Part shown: positions 46,596-57,976 of the stretch, in pieces
Position numbering within the stretch: position 1 is the first letter of the stretch
Layout of the letters: the number at the start of each line of letters is the position of its first letter
NCBI GenBank assembly: GCA_049603795.1
Contig: JBMYSY010000011.1
Location: forward strand, 68,687-132,686
Origin: Magnetovibrionaceae bacterium
Lineage (GTDB): Bacteria; Pseudomonadota; Alphaproteobacteria; Rhodospirillales; JBMYSY01
Direction of reading: 5' to 3'
Length of the DNA stretch: 64,000 nucleotides
Made by a program: the position numbers and the translations under genes
Notes under the pieces: model-generated
The model's database searches: none
What the model was told of the DNA's origin: nothing
The model's input: the letters and a program-made list of their open reading frames with translations, nothing else

Positions 46596-47003
46596 ATGGA
46601 TTTCAATGCTTTACCGGTTTTCGCGGTGATCAAGAAGAAGGTCAGCTGGCTGACCCAGCGCCAGGAGATTCTGGCCCAGAACATCGCCAATGCCGATACG
46701 CCGAAGTATCGTCCGTCCGATCTTAAGGATTTCAGCTTCAAGGATCTGGCCCGGCGTCAGGAATTCGCGTTGAACATGAACGTGAGTTCCGAAAACCACC
46801 TGGGCGGTCGCCGCAAGCGTATCCGGGATTTTGCCGACGAAACCACGCGGCGTCCCTTCGAGACGGCACCTGCGGGCAATGCGGTGGTCCTGGAAGAACA
46901 GATGGGCAAGGTGAACGATACGGCGCTGAGCCACGACCTGGCCCAGAAACTCTATTCCAAACAACTCGCGATGTTCCGCACCGCCATCGGTCGGGGCCGC
47001 TAG
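46596..47003 (+). CDS. flgB: Flagellar rod protein FlgB
   Basis: WLTQRQEILAQNIANADTPKYRPSDL, GNAVVLEEQM. Confidence 0.93.
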   Translation: MDFNALPVFAVIKKKVSWLTQRQEILAQNIANADTPKYRPSDLKDFSFKDLARRQEFALNMNVSSENHLGGRRKRIRDFADETTRRPFETAPAGNAVVLEEQMGKVNDTALSHDLAQKLYSKQLAMFRTAIGRGR

Positions 47004-47051
47004 GCCCGAGTGACGGCTAGGTCTTGCGGATAGGTATCAAGGAGTTTCGCC

Positions 47052-47462
47052 ATGGATGATCTTCTCAAAACCCTTCGGATCTCGGCGGCCGGCATGAAGG
47101 CTCAGGGCACGCGGCTGCGCGTGATCTCCGAAAACATCGCCAACTCGGACTCCCTGCCCACGAACCCCGGCGACGACCCCTATCGTCGCAAGGTCGTGAC
47201 CTTCGAGAACGAATTGAACCGTCATGTGGGCCTGGATCTGGTCTCCATCGACAAGATCCGCCCCGACATGTCGAACTTCGGCAACCGGTTCGATCCCAAT
47301 CACCCGGCAGCGGACGAGAACGGTTACGTCCAAACCCCGAACGTCAACTCGTTGATCGAGATGATGGATATGCGCGAAGCACAGCGGTCTTATGAAGCCA
47401 ACCTGAATGTGATCAAGACCTCGAAATCGATGCTTCGCAACACGCTCAGGATCATTCAATAG
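47052..47462 (+). CDS. flgC: Flagellar rod protein FlgC
   Basis: ISAAGMKAQ..RLRVISENIAN, PYRRK, DPNHPAAD..GYV..PNVN, RSYEANL. Confidence 0.96.
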   Translation: MDDLLKTLRISAAGMKAQGTRLRVISENIANSDSLPTNPGDDPYRRKVVTFENELNRHVGLDLVSIDKIRPDMSNFGNRFDPNHPAADENGYVQTPNVNSLIEMMDMREAQRSYEANLNVIKTSKSMLRNTLRIIQ

Positions 47463-47540
47463 ACCGACTAGGACCAACGGGCCACGGATCAAAAAATCAC
47501 CGGGCCTGGAACGGGAAATCTAATATCAGGAGTTCGGATC

Positions 47541-47849
47541 ATGGCGACACCCGCCGTCAACATTGCCCAGGCCGCCCAGGCCTATCAGCAGCTCTCCCAA
47601 GGCGGCCCGGCCAAGGGTGCCGAAAAAGGCGGCGACAGCTTCGCCGATCTGGTGCAGGGCGCACTCGAACAGGCCCGCGAAATCGGACGACGCGGTGAGG
47701 ACATGTCCCTGAAGGGCGTGACCGATCGTGCCGACGTGGCTGATGTGGTCAACGCCGTTGCCGAAGCGGAACTGACCCTTCAGACCGTCGTGGCGGTTCG
47801 CGACAAGGTAATCGAGTCCTACAAACAAGTCATGCGGATGCCGATGTAG
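47541..47849 (+). CDS. fliE: Hook-basal body protein FliE
   Basis: DVVNAVAEAELTLQTVVAVRDKVIESYKQVMRMPM. Confidence 0.94.
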   Translation: MATPAVNIAQAAQAYQQLSQGGPAKGAEKGGDSFADLVQGALEQAREIGRRGEDMSLKGVTDRADVADVVNAVAEAELTLQTVVAVRDKVIESYKQVMRMPM

Positions 47850-47929
47850 GCCGTCTGATCCGATTAAATGAGGCCGCGTATCGCCCCGCCGCTCACCCCC
47901 GCCCAACACGCCGGGCCGAACCTGGTTTT

Positions 47930-47957
47930 TTGACGCTCCCACAGGCCGGTCTATACT
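47930..47957 (+). promoter_or_regulatory. Near-consensus sigma70 promoter upstream of fliQ
   Basis: TTGACG-16 bp-TATACT. Confidence 0.55.
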
Positions 47958-48032
47958 GATCGGGCAGACGCGCCTTCGATTCGGCGGATGTTGATCCGCC
48001 CGCCGACGGGAGGCAGAGGTGAGGGGCGAACA

Positions 48033-48299
48033 ATGACCGAAACAGCGGTACTCGAGATTGGCCGGGAAGCCCTTTGGATTATCGTCAAGGTTTCCGCCCC
48101 GATCATGGGCCTGGGCCTGTTGATCGGTCTGATCATCGCCCTGTTCCAGGCGCTGACGACCATTCAGGAAATGACCCTGACCTTCGTGCCGAAGATCATT
48201 GTGATCTTCGTCGCGATTATCGTGTTTCTGCCTTTCATGATGACCAACGTCATCGAATATACGCAGACACTGTTCGACAAAATGATCATTGTGAACTGA
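48033..48299 (+). CDS. fliQ: Flagellar export protein FliQ
   Basis: LFQALTTIQEMTLTFVPKI; start set at ATG 48033. Confidence 0.94.
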   Translation: MTETAVLEIGREALWIIVKVSAPIMGLGLLIGLIIALFQALTTIQEMTLTFVPKIIVIFVAIIVFLPFMMTNVIEYTQTLFDKMIIVN

Positions 48300-48333
48300 T
48301 CCGTGGTCGACCGCCTGTCGCGAGAGGTCCGGG

Positions 48334-49095
48334 ATGCTTGAAGCCTATGTCGCGCTCAGTGTTTGGAAGTTCATGTTGATCTTCGCGCGTCTCGGCGCGG
48401 CCTTCGGGCTGATGCCGGGCTTCAGTGCACCCTACGTCAATGTCCAGATGCGTCTGGCGACCGCTTTGGTGATTTCCCTGGCCGCCTATCCGCTGCTGTC
48501 GCCCATGATCCCCGAACGCCCGCCCACGATCGGGCTTGCCATCATGTTGCTGGGCGGCGAGATGCTGATCGGGATCTTCATGGGGCTGGTGCCCCGGGTG
48601 CTGGTCGGTGCAGTGCAGGTCGCCGGGACTGTGATCTCCTTTGTATCGTCGCTGGCCAACGCCTTCATCCAGGATCCCTTGGCCGAACAGCAGAGTTCGA
48701 TCATCGCTGGCTTCATGAGCACGCTTGCATTGCTGCTTATTTTTGTCACCGACACCCATCACCTGATGATCATGGCGATCATCCAGTCTTACGATCTTTT
48801 CGTGCCCGGACAGGCGATCATGGTCGAAGATATGACCCATCTGATGGCGCGGCGGGTGGCGGAGATCTTTGCCCTCGGCGTGCAGATGGCGAGTCCGCTG
48901 ATCGTCGTCGGCCTTACCTATTATATCGGTCTCGGCCTTTTGGGGCGTCTGATGCCCGCCTTGCCGGTGTTCTTTGTCGCCATGCCCATCCAATTGGCCT
49001 TGCAAGCCACTGTGTTCATGGTGACCCTTTCGAGTATGATGTTGGTGTTTATGGCTTTTTTCGAAGAGAAGCTGCGTGCTTTCATGGTGCTCTAG
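48334..49095 (+). CDS. fliR: Flagellar export protein FliR
   Basis: Multi-TM, LIFARLG, GEMLIG, TDTHHL, GRLMP; between fliQ and flhB. Confidence 0.92.
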   Translation: MLEAYVALSVWKFMLIFARLGAAFGLMPGFSAPYVNVQMRLATALVISLAAYPLLSPMIPERPPTIGLAIMLLGGEMLIGIFMGLVPRVLVGAVQVAGTVISFVSSLANAFIQDPLAEQQSSIIAGFMSTLALLLIFVTDTHHLMIMAIIQSYDLFVPGQAIMVEDMTHLMARRVAEIFALGVQMASPLIVVGLTYYIGLGLLGRLMPALPVFFVAMPIQLALQATVFMVTLSSMMLVFMAFFEEKLRAFMVL

Positions 49096-49173
49096 TGCGA
49101 GATCAGCCGGCAGGAAAGAACGCGACGGGGCTGATTAAAGTGGGGCTGAATTTAAGGGGTCGGAACAGACGAT

Positions 49174-50265
49174 ATGGCTGATGAAGACGATTCCTCAAAA
49201 ACAGAGGAACCGACCAGTAAACGGCTGGCCCAGGCGAAGGAAGAGGGCAACACGCCGAAATCGGAAGAGGTCAAGAACTGGTCGGTCCTGTTGGCCAGTA
49301 CCCTGGCGCTCGCCTTCATGGGGCCAATGATCGCCGGCGATACCTTCCAGATGGCGCGGAAGTTTATCGAACAGCCTCACGCCATCCCGATGGACTTCAA
49401 CCATATCCGATTGGTTTTCGCCGATGTCTTCGGCGATATGGGTATCGCGCTCTGGCCGATCATGCTGTTGTTGAGCATCGTCGCCGTGGCCTCCAACGTC
49501 GCCCAGTCCGGCCTTATTTTTGCGGCCAAGAAGATCAAGCCCGACCTCTCGAAACTCAACCTGATCAAGGGTTTGAAGCAGAAGGTCTCGTCCCGTGCCC
49601 TCGTCGAATTCCTGAAGGGATTGGCCAAGATCGGCATCGTTGCGGTCGTGGGCACGGCCGTTTCCCTGCCGTTCTTTTCCGACATCGCTCTCCTGCCGGA
49701 CAAAAGCCTGTTTGTCAGCCTGGACCGGTTGCTGACCGTGTCGCTTGTCATGGCCTCCGCGACTGTGGCCGTGCTGACCTTCCTCGCCGTGCTCGATTTC
49801 ATCTACCAGCGCTACAAGTTCATGAAGGACATGCGCATGACCAAGCAGCAGGTGAAGGATGAACACAAGCAGTCCGAGGGGGATCCCCACGTCAAGGCGA
49901 AGATCAGGCAGATGCGCTTCGAGCGCGCTCAGCGTCGCATGATGGCTTCCGTGCCGAATGCCAGCGTGGTGATTACCAACCCGACCCACTACGCCTGTGC
50001 CCTCGAATACGATATGGAGGCCATGGGCGCCCCCCGTCTTGTCGCCAAGGGCGTGGACCAGATCGCCTTCAAGATTCGCGAGATCGCGGAATTTCACGAG
50101 GTGCCGATCGTCGAAAACCCGCCGCTTGCCCGCGCCTTGCACGCTTCCGTGGAACTGGACGAAGAAATCCCGCCGGAGCACTATAAGGCCGTCGCCGAGG
50201 TTATCGGCTATGTCATGAACATGAAGGGCGGTGGTCGGTCCGGCGGCCAGGGCGCGAGACAGTAG
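49174..50265 (+). CDS. flhB: Flagellar export switch protein FlhB
   Basis: KTEEPT, MTKQQVKDEHKQSEGDP, ITNPTHY autocleavage motif, VENPPLARAL. Confidence 0.96.
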   Translation: MADEDDSSKTEEPTSKRLAQAKEEGNTPKSEEVKNWSVLLASTLALAFMGPMIAGDTFQMARKFIEQPHAIPMDFNHIRLVFADVFGDMGIALWPIMLLLSIVAVASNVAQSGLIFAAKKIKPDLSKLNLIKGLKQKVSSRALVEFLKGLAKIGIVAVVGTAVSLPFFSDIALLPDKSLFVSLDRLLTVSLVMASATVAVLTFLAVLDFIYQRYKFMKDMRMTKQQVKDEHKQSEGDPHVKAKIRQMRFERAQRRMMASVPNASVVITNPTHYACALEYDMEAMGAPRLVAKGVDQIAFKIREIAEFHEVPIVENPPLARALHASVELDEEIPPEHYKAVAEVIGYVMNMKGGGRSGGQGARQ

Positions 50266-50285
50266 TGCTGCCCGGTAAGAGTTGA

Positions 50286-52859
50286 ATGGTGCAAAGGTCG
50301 GTCGGCGTGTCGCAGAGTTCATCAAGCAAGAACGGCTTTTCCGTCGTGACGGGCGTCAGCCTGGGCGCAATGGTCGCCGGTGTGGCGGCCGCCGGTTTCG
50401 GGCTTTCCAGCGTAGAGGCCGGTCCCGTGGCCCTGACCGGCTCTGCCGTCCTGATGGCGCTCGGGCTTGCCGGTTTTGCCTTCGAGGCCGGAAAGCGCCG
50501 TGCCCTGCCGGATCCGCTCACCCGTGCCTTTGCCTACGCGGAAGACCGGCGCGTCAGTCCGCTTTTGATCCTGAATGCGGCGGGCGAGGCGCTTTTTGTC
50601 AACGATGCCTTTCGGCGGCTGTTCCCGGTCGAAGGTGGACTGACGCTGGAATCCCTTGCGGCTCAGGTCGCCATCGAAGGCCCCGACCGGGAAGGGGGCG
50701 AGGGCGGTGCCGCCCTCATGGCGCTTCGATTGGGTGCGCGGGATGGTGCCGCGGGCAGTGCTGATGTCGCCTTTGATTTCGGCGGCGACCGGCCGCTCTG
50801 GCGACGCCTGCTGATCGATCCGGTCCCCGAATCCGACCTCCAGGTCTGGCAGGCCATCGACATCGATGCCGAGATTGAACAGAAGCGTCAGGCCAGCCAG
50901 GAACAGGCCTTCCTGAGCCGCCTGCTGGATGGCCTGCCGGCCGCTTTCTTTGCCGTCAATGACGAGGGCAATCTGATCTATGCCAATACGGCGTTGCGGC
51001 GCTGGCTCGGCCTGACGCGGCTCGAGGTGAAGGCCGGCAGGGTGGCCTTTGCCGATTTCGTCGATCCGGACATGAGCCGCCCCGCGGGACCGGGCGACGG
51101 CGGGGAGTTGATGCTGGTCTCCCGTTCCGGGGACCGCTTGGGCGTGCTTCTGGTTCAGGCGGCGGCCGAGTCTGAGTCCGGAGACCTGCTGTTCAGTTGT
51201 TCGCTGCTGGTGCGCGATGCCCGTTGGGCGGATGATGCCCTGGAACTTGACATCGCGCCCGAACCGGAACCCGAGGATGATCCGGAAGACGAAGGCCTCT
51301 TGGGAGACGACGCCCGCTGGCTGTTCGACGATGCGCCGGTCGGAATGGTGCTGTTGGATCTCTCCGGCACCGTATTGGAGGCCAACCGGGCCTTCCTGAA
51401 GATGGTCGGCATCCATGGTGACCAGGTGGTCGGGCGGCCTTTTGTTGACCGCATCGCCAAGGAAGATTGGGACGAGACCAACGCCCAGCTCTCCAAGCTT
51501 GTCATGGGCACGGCAAGGGCGGCACGGCTGGAACTTCGCGTGCCGGGGCCGAAGGACAAGGCCTCGATCGCCTCTGTGACCGTGACCCGCATCGTCGATG
51601 GGGAAGGCGACATCCGGGGGCTCGCGCTGCACTTCATCGACACCACCGAACAAAAACACCTGGAAGAACAGTTCGGCCAATCCCAGAAGATGCAGGCCAT
51701 CGGCCAGTTGGCGGGGGGCGTCGCCCACGATTTCAACAACCTGCTGACGGCGATGATCGGCTTTTGCGACCTTTTGCTGGAACGCCATGGGCCGGGCGAC
51801 CCGGTCTTCGCCGACGTCATGCAGATCAAACAGAACGCCAACCGGGCGACCAATCTGGTGCGCCAGTTGCTGGCCTTTTCGCGCAAATCCGATCTGGCAC
51901 CGGTGGAATTGAACCCCCGGGACGCCCTGGCCGATCTGTCCAACCTTTTGTCCCGGCTGTTGGGGGAGACGGTCAGCCTGGACATCGATGTTTCGCCCGA
52001 CATCGGTGCCGTGGTGGCCGATGCCGGTCAGTTCGATCAGGTGATCATCAACCTCGCCGTCAATGCGCGCGACGCCATGGCAGGCGGCGGTCAATTGAAG
52101 ATCCAGGCCGGCAACCGCAAGGTCGAGGAAGCCGTCAGCCACGGCCATGACGTCATGCCGCCGGGTGACTATGTGGTGATCGACGTGATCGATACCGGCA
52201 CCGGGATCTCGAAGGAAAACCTGGGCCGCATTTTCGAGCCCTTCTTCTCCACCAAGGAGGTCGGTGCCGGAACAGGGCTCGGCCTCTCGACCGTCTACGG
52301 CATCGTGCGCCAGTCGGGCGGGTTCGTTTTCGTGGAAAGTGCCCTGGGCCAGGGGACGACCTTCTCGATCTTCCTGCCCCTGGTCGCTTCTGACGTCGCT
52401 TCCGAAGAGGATTCTGCAAAGCGCAAGAAACCCAAGGTCGCCATCGGCCCCGTAACAGCGGCGAAAGCGCCGAAGGACGCGGACCTGACCGGCTACGGCA
52501 ACATCCTCCTGGTCGAGGACGAGGACGCGGTGCGCATGTTCGGCTCCCGCGCACTTAAGAACAAGGGATACCGCGTGCTGGAGGCCGCCAACGGTGAACA
52601 GGCGCTCGAGGTTATTCAGGGGGCCAATGGCCCTATCGATCTGATCCTGTCCGACGTGGTCATGCCGGGCATGGACGGCCATACGCTGATCCGTCTGGTG
52701 CGCCAGGAACACCCCGGTGTGAAGGTGATCTTGATGTCCGGCTATGCGGAAGAAACGCTGAAAGAACAGATCGGCCGCGACGAGGATGTCCACTTCCTCG
52801 GCAAGCCCTTTACCCTTAAAGATCTAGCCGCCAAGGTGAAGGCGGTTATGAACGAGTAG
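50286..52859 (+). CDS. cckA: Hybrid PAS histidine kinase, CckA-like
   Basis: 2 TM, PAS domains, QKMQAIGQLAGGVAHDFNNLL, NLAVNARDAM, C-terminal receiver LLVEDEDAVR; flhB-cckA-recA synteny. Confidence 0.85.
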   Translation: MVQRSVGVSQSSSSKNGFSVVTGVSLGAMVAGVAAAGFGLSSVEAGPVALTGSAVLMALGLAGFAFEAGKRRALPDPLTRAFAYAEDRRVSPLLILNAAGEALFVNDAFRRLFPVEGGLTLESLAAQVAIEGPDREGGEGGAALMALRLGARDGAAGSADVAFDFGGDRPLWRRLLIDPVPESDLQVWQAIDIDAEIEQKRQASQEQAFLSRLLDGLPAAFFAVNDEGNLIYANTALRRWLGLTRLEVKAGRVAFADFVDPDMSRPAGPGDGGELMLVSRSGDRLGVLLVQAAAESESGDLLFSCSLLVRDARWADDALELDIAPEPEPEDDPEDEGLLGDDARWLFDDAPVGMVLLDLSGTVLEANRAFLKMVGIHGDQVVGRPFVDRIAKEDWDETNAQLSKLVMGTARAARLELRVPGPKDKASIASVTVTRIVDGEGDIRGLALHFIDTTEQKHLEEQFGQSQKMQAIGQLAGGVAHDFNNLLTAMIGFCDLLLERHGPGDPVFADVMQIKQNANRATNLVRQLLAFSRKSDLAPVELNPRDALADLSNLLSRLLGETVSLDIDVSPDIGAVVADAGQFDQVIINLAVNARDAMAGGGQLKIQAGNRKVEEAVSHGHDVMPPGDYVVIDVIDTGTGISKENLGRIFEPFFSTKEVGAGTGLGLSTVYGIVRQSGGFVFVESALGQGTTFSIFLPLVASDVASEEDSAKRKKPKVAIGPVTAAKAPKDADLTGYGNILLVEDEDAVRMFGSRALKNKGYRVLEAANGEQALEVIQGANGPIDLILSDVVMPGMDGHTLIRLVRQEHPGVKVILMSGYAEETLKEQIGRDEDVHFLGKPFTLKDLAAKVKAVMNE

Positions 52860-52955
52860 GCTAGCTCCGATTCGCGCTACAGGGCATCGCGAAAAGCTCT
52901 CAAGGCGCCTCCATGCAGAGTCGCTCAAATGTGAACTTTAGCGAACAAATTTGTA

Positions 52956-52970
52956 GAACAAAAATAGAAA
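52956..52970 (+). promoter_or_regulatory. Degenerate LexA box
   Basis: GAAC-aaaaata-GAAA. Confidence 0.45.
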
Positions 52971-53012
52971 ATTATTTGTTTGCAAGGTATTATAAAAAGG
53001 CCTTGCGTCCTA

Positions 53013-53027
53013 GAACAAATCGCGTAC
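53013..53027 (+). promoter_or_regulatory. Alphaproteobacterial LexA (SOS) box
   Basis: GAAC-aaatcgc-GTAC upstream of recA. Confidence 0.8.
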
Positions 53028-53079
53028 AGTCATCCTCGTTGATCGCCTGAGACCCCCGTGGAATAAGGGAGAGGAACCG

Positions 53080-54174
53080 ATGAATCAGTCGGCGTTACGC
53101 TTGGTGGACAAGGATACGATGGATAAATCAAAGGCTTTGGAAGCCGCGGTCGGGCAGATCGAAAGGGCCTTCGGCAAGGGCTCGATCATGAAGATGGGCC
53201 AGCGTGAAGTGGTCGATGTGGAGGTGATCTCCACCGGCTCGCTCAATCTGGATATCGCACTCGGCATCGGCGGCCTGCCGCGGGGCCGGATCATCGAAAT
53301 CTACGGGCCGGAAAGTTCGGGTAAGACCACCCTCGCGTTGCATGCGGTGGCCGAGGCTCAGAAAGTAGGCGGTGCCTGCGCCTATGTGGATGCGGAACAC
53401 GCCCTTGATCCCGGCTATGCCCGCAAGCTCGGTGTCGATATTGACGAACTGCTGATCAGCCAGCCGGACGCCGGCGAACAGGCGCTCGAGATCGCCGATA
53501 CCCTGGTGCGGTCCGGTGCCATCGATGTCCTGGTCATCGACTCCGTGGCCGCTCTGGTGCCCCGTGCCGAGTTGGAAGGCGAGATGGGCGATACCCACGT
53601 CGGCCTCCAGGCCCGGCTGATGAGCCAGGCTTTGCGCAAGTTGACATCCTCGGTCGCGCGCTCCAACACGCTGATCATCTTCATCAACCAGATCCGTATG
53701 AAGATCGGTGTGATGTTCGGCAACCCGGAAACCACCACGGGCGGCAACGCGCTGAAGTTCTATTCTTCCATCCGCATGGAAATCCGCCGCATCGGCGCGT
53801 TGAAGGACCGGGACGAGGTTGTGGGCAATCAGACCCGTGTGAAGGTGGTGAAGAACAAGCTGGCCCCACCGTTCAAGCAGGTCGAGTTTGACATCATGTA
53901 TGGCGAGGGCGTCTCCAAGATGGGCGAACTGCTCGATCTTGGCATCAAGGCTGGCATCGTCGAAAAGTCCGGCTCCTGGTTCTCCTATGATAGCCAGCGC
54001 ATCGGTCAGGGCCGGGAAAACGCCAAGACCTTCCTGCGCGAAAACCCGGACATGGCCAACGCCATCGAACAGAAAATCCGCGCCAATGCCGGTCTCGTCT
54101 CGGATGCCATGCTCGCGGGCCCCGGCGATCAGGATGGCGAGAAAGTCGAAGAGGGTGCGCCGGTGGAGGGGTGA
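53080..54174 (+). CDS. recA: Recombinase A
   Basis: [34 protein letters not shown]. Confidence 0.99.
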   Translation: MNQSALRLVDKDTMDKSKALEAAVGQIERAFGKGSIMKMGQREVVDVEVISTGSLNLDIALGIGGLPRGRIIEIYGPESSGKTTLALHAVAEAQKVGGACAYVDAEHALDPGYARKLGVDIDELLISQPDAGEQALEIADTLVRSGAIDVLVIDSVAALVPRAELEGEMGDTHVGLQARLMSQALRKLTSSVARSNTLIIFINQIRMKIGVMFGNPETTTGGNALKFYSSIRMEIRRIGALKDRDEVVGNQTRVKVVKNKLAPPFKQVEFDIMYGEGVSKMGELLDLGIKAGIVEKSGSWFSYDSQRIGQGRENAKTFLRENPDMANAIEQKIRANAGLVSDAMLAGPGDQDGEKVEEGAPVEG

Positions 54175-54220
54175 CGGTCGGAGGGCTGGCGGCCTCCGGC
54201 CCGACAGCCGCAATCAAATC

Positions 54221-54252
54221 AGCCCCGGCCACCAGCGCCGGGGCTTTTTTTT
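54221..54252 (+). terminator. Intrinsic terminator of recA
   Basis: AGCCCCGGC-loop-GCCGGGGCT followed by T7. Confidence 0.88.
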
Positions 54253-54403
54253 GTGGTGCCAGTCGTTTGATCCGGTCGAATGAATTTCCACCTTGCTGGA
54301 CAGCCGTTTATGCGCGGTCTAAATACCCAAGAGCGGTCCCTATTGACTGCACTGGTTTAAGATTCCGAAACGGCTCAACAGCTGAAAGGCTCGACAGAAG
54401 CCC

Positions 54404-57079
54404 ATGCAAACCGTCAACGACATTCGCCGGACATACCTGGACTATTTCGCGAGCAATGATCACCGCATCGTCTCCAGCTCCCCCCTGGTGCCGTTGAATG
54501 ATCCGACGCTGATGTTCACCAATGCGGGCATGGTGCAGTTCAAGAACGTTTTCACGGGAGCCGAGAAGCGGGACTATAGCCGGGCGACCACCTCTCAGAA
54601 ATGCGTCCGGGCGGGCGGCAAGCACAACGACCTTGAAAACGTCGGCTACACGGCGCGCCACCACACCTTCTTCGAGATGCTGGGGAACTTTTCCTTCGGC
54701 GACTACTTCAAAGACCTGGCCATCGAACTCGCCTGGAACCTGGTGACGAAGGAATTCGGCCTGCCGGCGGAAAAGCTGTTGGTGACCGTCTATGCGGAAG
54801 ACGACCAGGCCTTTGATCTCTGGAAGAAGATTGCGGGCCTGCCCGAGTCCAAGATCATCCGCATTCCGACCTCTGACAACTTCTGGGCCATGGGTGACAC
54901 CGGCCCCTGCGGGCCTTGTTCGGAAATTTTCTACGACCACGGTGACCACATTCCGGGTGGCCCGCCGGGCAGCCCGGACGAGGACGGCGACCGTTTCATC
55001 GAAATCTGGAACCTGGTCTTCATGCAGTACGAGCAGGTGACCAAGGACGAACGCGTTGACCTGCCCAAGCCCTCGATCGACACCGGTATGGGGCTGGAAC
55101 GCATCGCCGCTGTCATGCAGGGCACCCATGACAACTACGAAATCGACCTGATGCGTGCCTTGATCGAGGCCTCGGCCGACGCTTCGTCGACCGAACCCGA
55201 CGGCCCGCACAAGGTCTCTCACCGCGTCATCGCGGATCATTTGCGCGCGACGTCCTTTTTGATCGCCGACGGCGTTCTGCCCACCAATGAAGGGCGGGGC
55301 TACGTGCTGCGCCGAATCATGCGCCGCGCCATGCGCCACGCCCACCTGATCGGCTGCCAGGACCCGCTGGTCTGGAAGCTGGTTCCGGCCCTGGTCTCCA
55401 AAATGGGCGGTGCCTACCCCGAGTTGGTGCGCGCAGAGCCGCTGATCACCGAGACGCTGAAACTGGAAGAGACGCGGTTCAAGAAAACCCTCGACCGGGG
55501 TTTGCGGCTGTTGGACGAGGCGACGGAAGGCCTCGGCGATGGCGCAGAGTTCGATGGCGAAACCGCCTTCAAACTCTATGACACCTATGGCTTCCCGCTG
55601 GATCTCACCCAGGATGCCCTGCGCGCCAAGAACATCTCGGTCGATACCGATGCCTTCGAGGCCGCCATGGAGCGCCAGAAGGCCGAAGCCCGGGCCGCCT
55701 GGGCCGGGTCCGGCGATGCCGCGACCGAAGCGGTCTGGTTCGACATCCGAGAAGAGGTCGGGGCTTCCGAGTTTTTCGGCTACGACACGGAATCCGCAGA
55801 AGGCCAAATCCGCGCGCTCGTGAAGGAAGGGGCCAAGGTGGATAGCGCCACGGCAGGCGACGAAATCGCCCTGATCGCCAACCAGACCCCGTTTTATGGC
55901 GAGTCCGGTGGCCAGATGGGCGATGCGGGTGAAATCCGGACAGCCGATGGTGCGCTGATCACCATCACCGATACCCAGAAAAAACTGGGCGATCTGCACG
56001 TTCATTTGGGCAAGGTTGTGGAAGGAACGGTGAGTGTTGGCGACGATGCCCTGCTTACCGTCGATCATGCCCGTCGGTCGGCCCTGCGGGGCAACCACTC
56101 GGCGACCCACCTGCTGCACGAGGCGCTGCGCTCCCGCCTTGGCGAACACATCACCCAGAAAGGCAGCCTGGTGGCCCCTGATCGGTTCCGTTTCGACATC
56201 AGCCACCCCAAGGGCCTGAGTGCGGAAGAAATCGCTACGGTTGAGGCCGACGTGAACGCCCAGGTGCGGGGCGATACGGCTGTGGTCACCCGCCTGATGG
56301 ACCCGGAAGCCGCCGTAGAGGCCGGAGCCATGGCGCTGTTCGGCGAAAAATACGGCGACGAGGTCCGCGTGGTTTCCATGGGAACGTCCAAGGGAGCTTC
56401 CAATGGGGCATCGGACGGAGGCGAAGAGAAACCCTATTCGGTGGAACTTTGCGGCGGTACGCATGTTGCCCGGACCGGCGAAATTGGCCTGTTCAAGATC
56501 CTGAGCGAAGGCGCTGTCGCCGCCGGTGTGCGGCGGATCGAGGCGGTGACCGGCCCCGGCGCGGAAGCCCATATGGCTGAACAGGAAAGCCTGATCCGAG
56601 ATCTTTCCGGCCTTTTGAAAACCACGCCACAGGAATTGCCGTCCCGCGTCTCTTCACTGCTGGACGAGCGGCGCAAACTGGAAGCCGATGTTGCCGACCT
56701 GCGCCGCAAGCTGGCCACCGGCGGCGGCGGTGGCGGGGCTTCCGAGACCAAGACGGTCAACGGCATCACCTTTGCGCCGAAGCTGTTGGAGGACGTCCCG
56801 GCCAAGGACCTGAAGGGTCTGGCCGATGACCTGAAGGGTCAGATCGGCAGCGGGGTGGTCGCCTTGGTTTCTGTGATGGACGGCAAGGTCTCCCTCGTGG
56901 TCGGGGTCACCGACGACAAGAAGGGCGAGATCAACGCGGTCGACCTCGTGCGGGCGGGCTCTGCTGCCGTCGGCGGCAAGGGCGGCGGCGGTCGTCCGGA
57001 CATGGCCCAGGCTGGCGGTCCCGATGCGGACAAGGCGGCGGAGGCTCTGTCGGCCATTGAACAGGCCCTGGCCGGCTGA
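54404..57079 (+). CDS. alaS: Alanine--tRNA ligase
   Basis: [65 protein letters not shown]. Confidence 0.99.
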   Translation: MQTVNDIRRTYLDYFASNDHRIVSSSPLVPLNDPTLMFTNAGMVQFKNVFTGAEKRDYSRATTSQKCVRAGGKHNDLENVGYTARHHTFFEMLGNFSFGDYFKDLAIELAWNLVTKEFGLPAEKLLVTVYAEDDQAFDLWKKIAGLPESKIIRIPTSDNFWAMGDTGPCGPCSEIFYDHGDHIPGGPPGSPDEDGDRFIEIWNLVFMQYEQVTKDERVDLPKPSIDTGMGLERIAAVMQGTHDNYEIDLMRALIEASADASSTEPDGPHKVSHRVIADHLRATSFLIADGVLPTNEGRGYVLRRIMRRAMRHAHLIGCQDPLVWKLVPALVSKMGGAYPELVRAEPLITETLKLEETRFKKTLDRGLRLLDEATEGLGDGAEFDGETAFKLYDTYGFPLDLTQDALRAKNISVDTDAFEAAMERQKAEARAAWAGSGDAATEAVWFDIREEVGASEFFGYDTESAEGQIRALVKEGAKVDSATAGDEIALIANQTPFYGESGGQMGDAGEIRTADGALITITDTQKKLGDLHVHLGKVVEGTVSVGDDALLTVDHARRSALRGNHSATHLLHEALRSRLGEHITQKGSLVAPDRFRFDISHPKGLSAEEIATVEADVNAQVRGDTAVVTRLMDPEAAVEAGAMALFGEKYGDEVRVVSMGTSKGASNGASDGGEEKPYSVELCGGTHVARTGEIGLFKILSEGAVAAGVRRIEAVTGPGAEAHMAEQESLIRDLSGLLKTTPQELPSRVSSLLDERRKLEADVADLRRKLATGGGGGGASETKTVNGITFAPKLLEDVPAKDLKGLADDLKGQIGSGVVALVSVMDGKVSLVVGVTDDKKGEINAVDLVRAGSAAVGGKGGGGRPDMAQAGGPDADKAAEALSAIEQALAG

Positions 57080-57082
57080 TCG

Positions 57083-57889
57083 TTATTCGAAATACCGTTT
57101 CGGCGTCTTGCCCAGTTCTTCTCGGAACCGGGCGATAAAGGCGCTCGGGCTGTCGTAGCCAAGGTCATAGGCCACTTCTGCGACCGAGTTGCCCCGGCCC
57201 AGTTGATCAAGAGCCGATAACAGACGCGCGCGGGTTCGCCATTCGCGGAAATTCAACCCGGTCTCGCGCGTGAATAGGCGTGCCAATGTCCGCTCGCTCG
57301 CCGCACTGGCGCTGGCCCAATCGGCCAGGGTTCGCCGGTCTCCCGGAGATGCGACGAGGGCATCCAGGATGGGCTTCAGTCGCCGCTCGTTGCTCAAGGG
57401 CAGGTGCAGGCTGGCCGTGGGAGCACCCTTGATCTGGTCGGCCATGACCCGCCAGAGGTTGCGTGTCGGCAGATCGGCCAAGGGGGCTTCGCCCGTGCCC
57501 GTGCGGTCCGCCAGTTCGCTCAAGATCTCGCGGAGCAGTGCGGAGACCTCGACAACCAGGCAGGCCTGGGGCAGGTCATCCCATTGATCCGGGTCCAGAT
57601 AGACATTGCGCATCTCGACAGCCCCTCTGGCCGTGACCTTGTGTGGCGTTTCCGAGGGCATCCAGACCGCCCGTGCCGGCGGCACCACCCAATGACCCGT
57701 GGGCGTTTCGACCAGCAGGGTTCCTTTGGCCGCATAGACCAGCTGATGGCGGCGGTGGCGGTGCCAGTCGACCACATAGGCGGCCTGTCGGATGCGACGG
57801 CGGACGATGATGGCAGCCTGGCCGGTGTCCGTGTCGCCCGCAGGGTCCAGGGGAACATCAACCGGAATTTGTCCGTTTGGCGATATCAT
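57083..57889 (-). CDS. AraC family transcriptional regulator (cupin plus HTH)
   Basis: WHRHRRHQLVYA cupin, SERTLARLF..ETG, LGYDSPSAFIARFR. Confidence 0.92.
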   Translation of the reverse strand: MISPNGQIPVDVPLDPAGDTDTGQAAIIVRRRIRQAAYVVDWHRHRRHQLVYAAKGTLLVETPTGHWVVPPARAVWMPSETPHKVTARGAVEMRNVYLDPDQWDDLPQACLVVEVSALLREILSELADRTGTGEAPLADLPTRNLWRVMADQIKGAPTASLHLPLSNERRLKPILDALVASPGDRRTLADWASASAASERTLARLFTRETGLNFREWRTRARLLSALDQLGRGNSVAEVAYDLGYDSPSAFIARFREELGKTPKRYFE

Positions 57890-57976
57890 TTGTCCGTATC
57901 GTCCCTATCCGCCGAAATCTCTCCTCGCTATATAAGCGGTCCACAGAGGATGAACAGAGCAAAAGCGGAGGCTGAC

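Noticed and set aside
50322-56572. 823-aa, 361-aa and 754-aa minus-strand ORFs
   Set aside because: Antisense shadows of cckA, recA and alaS
57404-57976. N-terminal extension of the MFS ORF
   Set aside because: Overlaps the AraC gene on the other strand; good RBS at 57977
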